Shown here piece by piece: positions 63,826 through 64,000 of a DNA stretch of 64,000 bases. Source of the stretch: an uncultured Planctomycetota bacterium (lineage in GTDB: Bacteria; Planctomycetota; Planctomycetia; Isosphaerales; Isosphaeraceae); NCBI GenBank assembly GCA_963737655.1, contig CAVTTN010000002.1, forward strand, positions 6,976,001 through 7,040,000. The letters run 5' to 3'. Each line of letters starts with the position of its first letter. The first letter of the stretch is position 1. Made by a program: the position numbers and the translations under genes. Below the pieces are notes generated by a model, which was not told the DNA's origin, ran no database searches, and saw only the letters and a program-made list of their open reading frames with translations.

Positions 63826-64000
63826 TCAGCGGAATTTTCGATCTCGGCGCCCTCGGACCGAATCGAGGAGTGCCGATCTCTCCTCCGGGTCAAGCTCGCG
63901 CAGATCTCCCGGCGCCATCCCGCCCAGCTCGATCGGCCCGACGGCGACCCGGACGAGCCTCAGGGTCGGGTGCCCCACGGCGGCGGTCATCCGCCGGACC
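63826..64000 (-). CDS. Pseudouridine synthase (RsuA/RluE family), C-terminal fragment
   Basis: Manual translation: VRRMTAAVGHPTLRLVRVAVGPIELGGMAPGDLREL...*. Confidence 0.88.
   Translation of the reverse strand, partial: VRRMTAAVGHPTLRLVRVAVGPIELGGMAPGDLRELDPEERSALLDSVRGRRDRKFR

Overview
GC-rich chromosomal window from a planctomycete, most likely Isosphaeraceae-like. Support: two DUF1501 genes, a PVC-type heme-binding CxxCH protein, an ECF sigma/Ser-Thr kinase pair, an ASPIC/UnbV lipoprotein, DUF3500 and RRxxxExLExRxLL-type leader peptides. It holds about 50 CDSs. Housekeeping genes include mutS (5' end), sppA, nfo, ppk1, xerD, aroF, galM, a glycogen debranching enzyme, treZ, ribF and the 3' end of a pseudouridine synthase. 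About 16 genes are split by single-base indels, most likely long-read assembly errors. One complete IS5-family element has TIRs and a TTA duplication. No tRNA, rRNA or CRISPR array was seen. Most notable signals: (i) three long inverted-repeat elements sharing an ACC-RCCAAG-NC-RCCAAG core; (ii) a GTAG-type REP family whose copies supply the stop codons of five genes; (iii) a CarH/LitR-like regulator lacking the B12-ligating His, preceded by a duplicated 19-bp operator-like repeat and followed by an RpoD-type sigma factor and xerD; (iv) a 13-kb locus combining two Ser/Thr kinases, an ECF sigma, a GT-C-like membrane enzyme and three Ser/Thr-rich proteins with the planctomycete leader, including an unannotated 69-aa peptide and a protein with three YSPGxxYPNGGTN repeats; (v) a Bax1(DUF790)-Uma2-XPB cluster; (vi) an orphan M91/NleD-like metalloprotease. 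All family assignments come from motif recognition by eye, not database searches.
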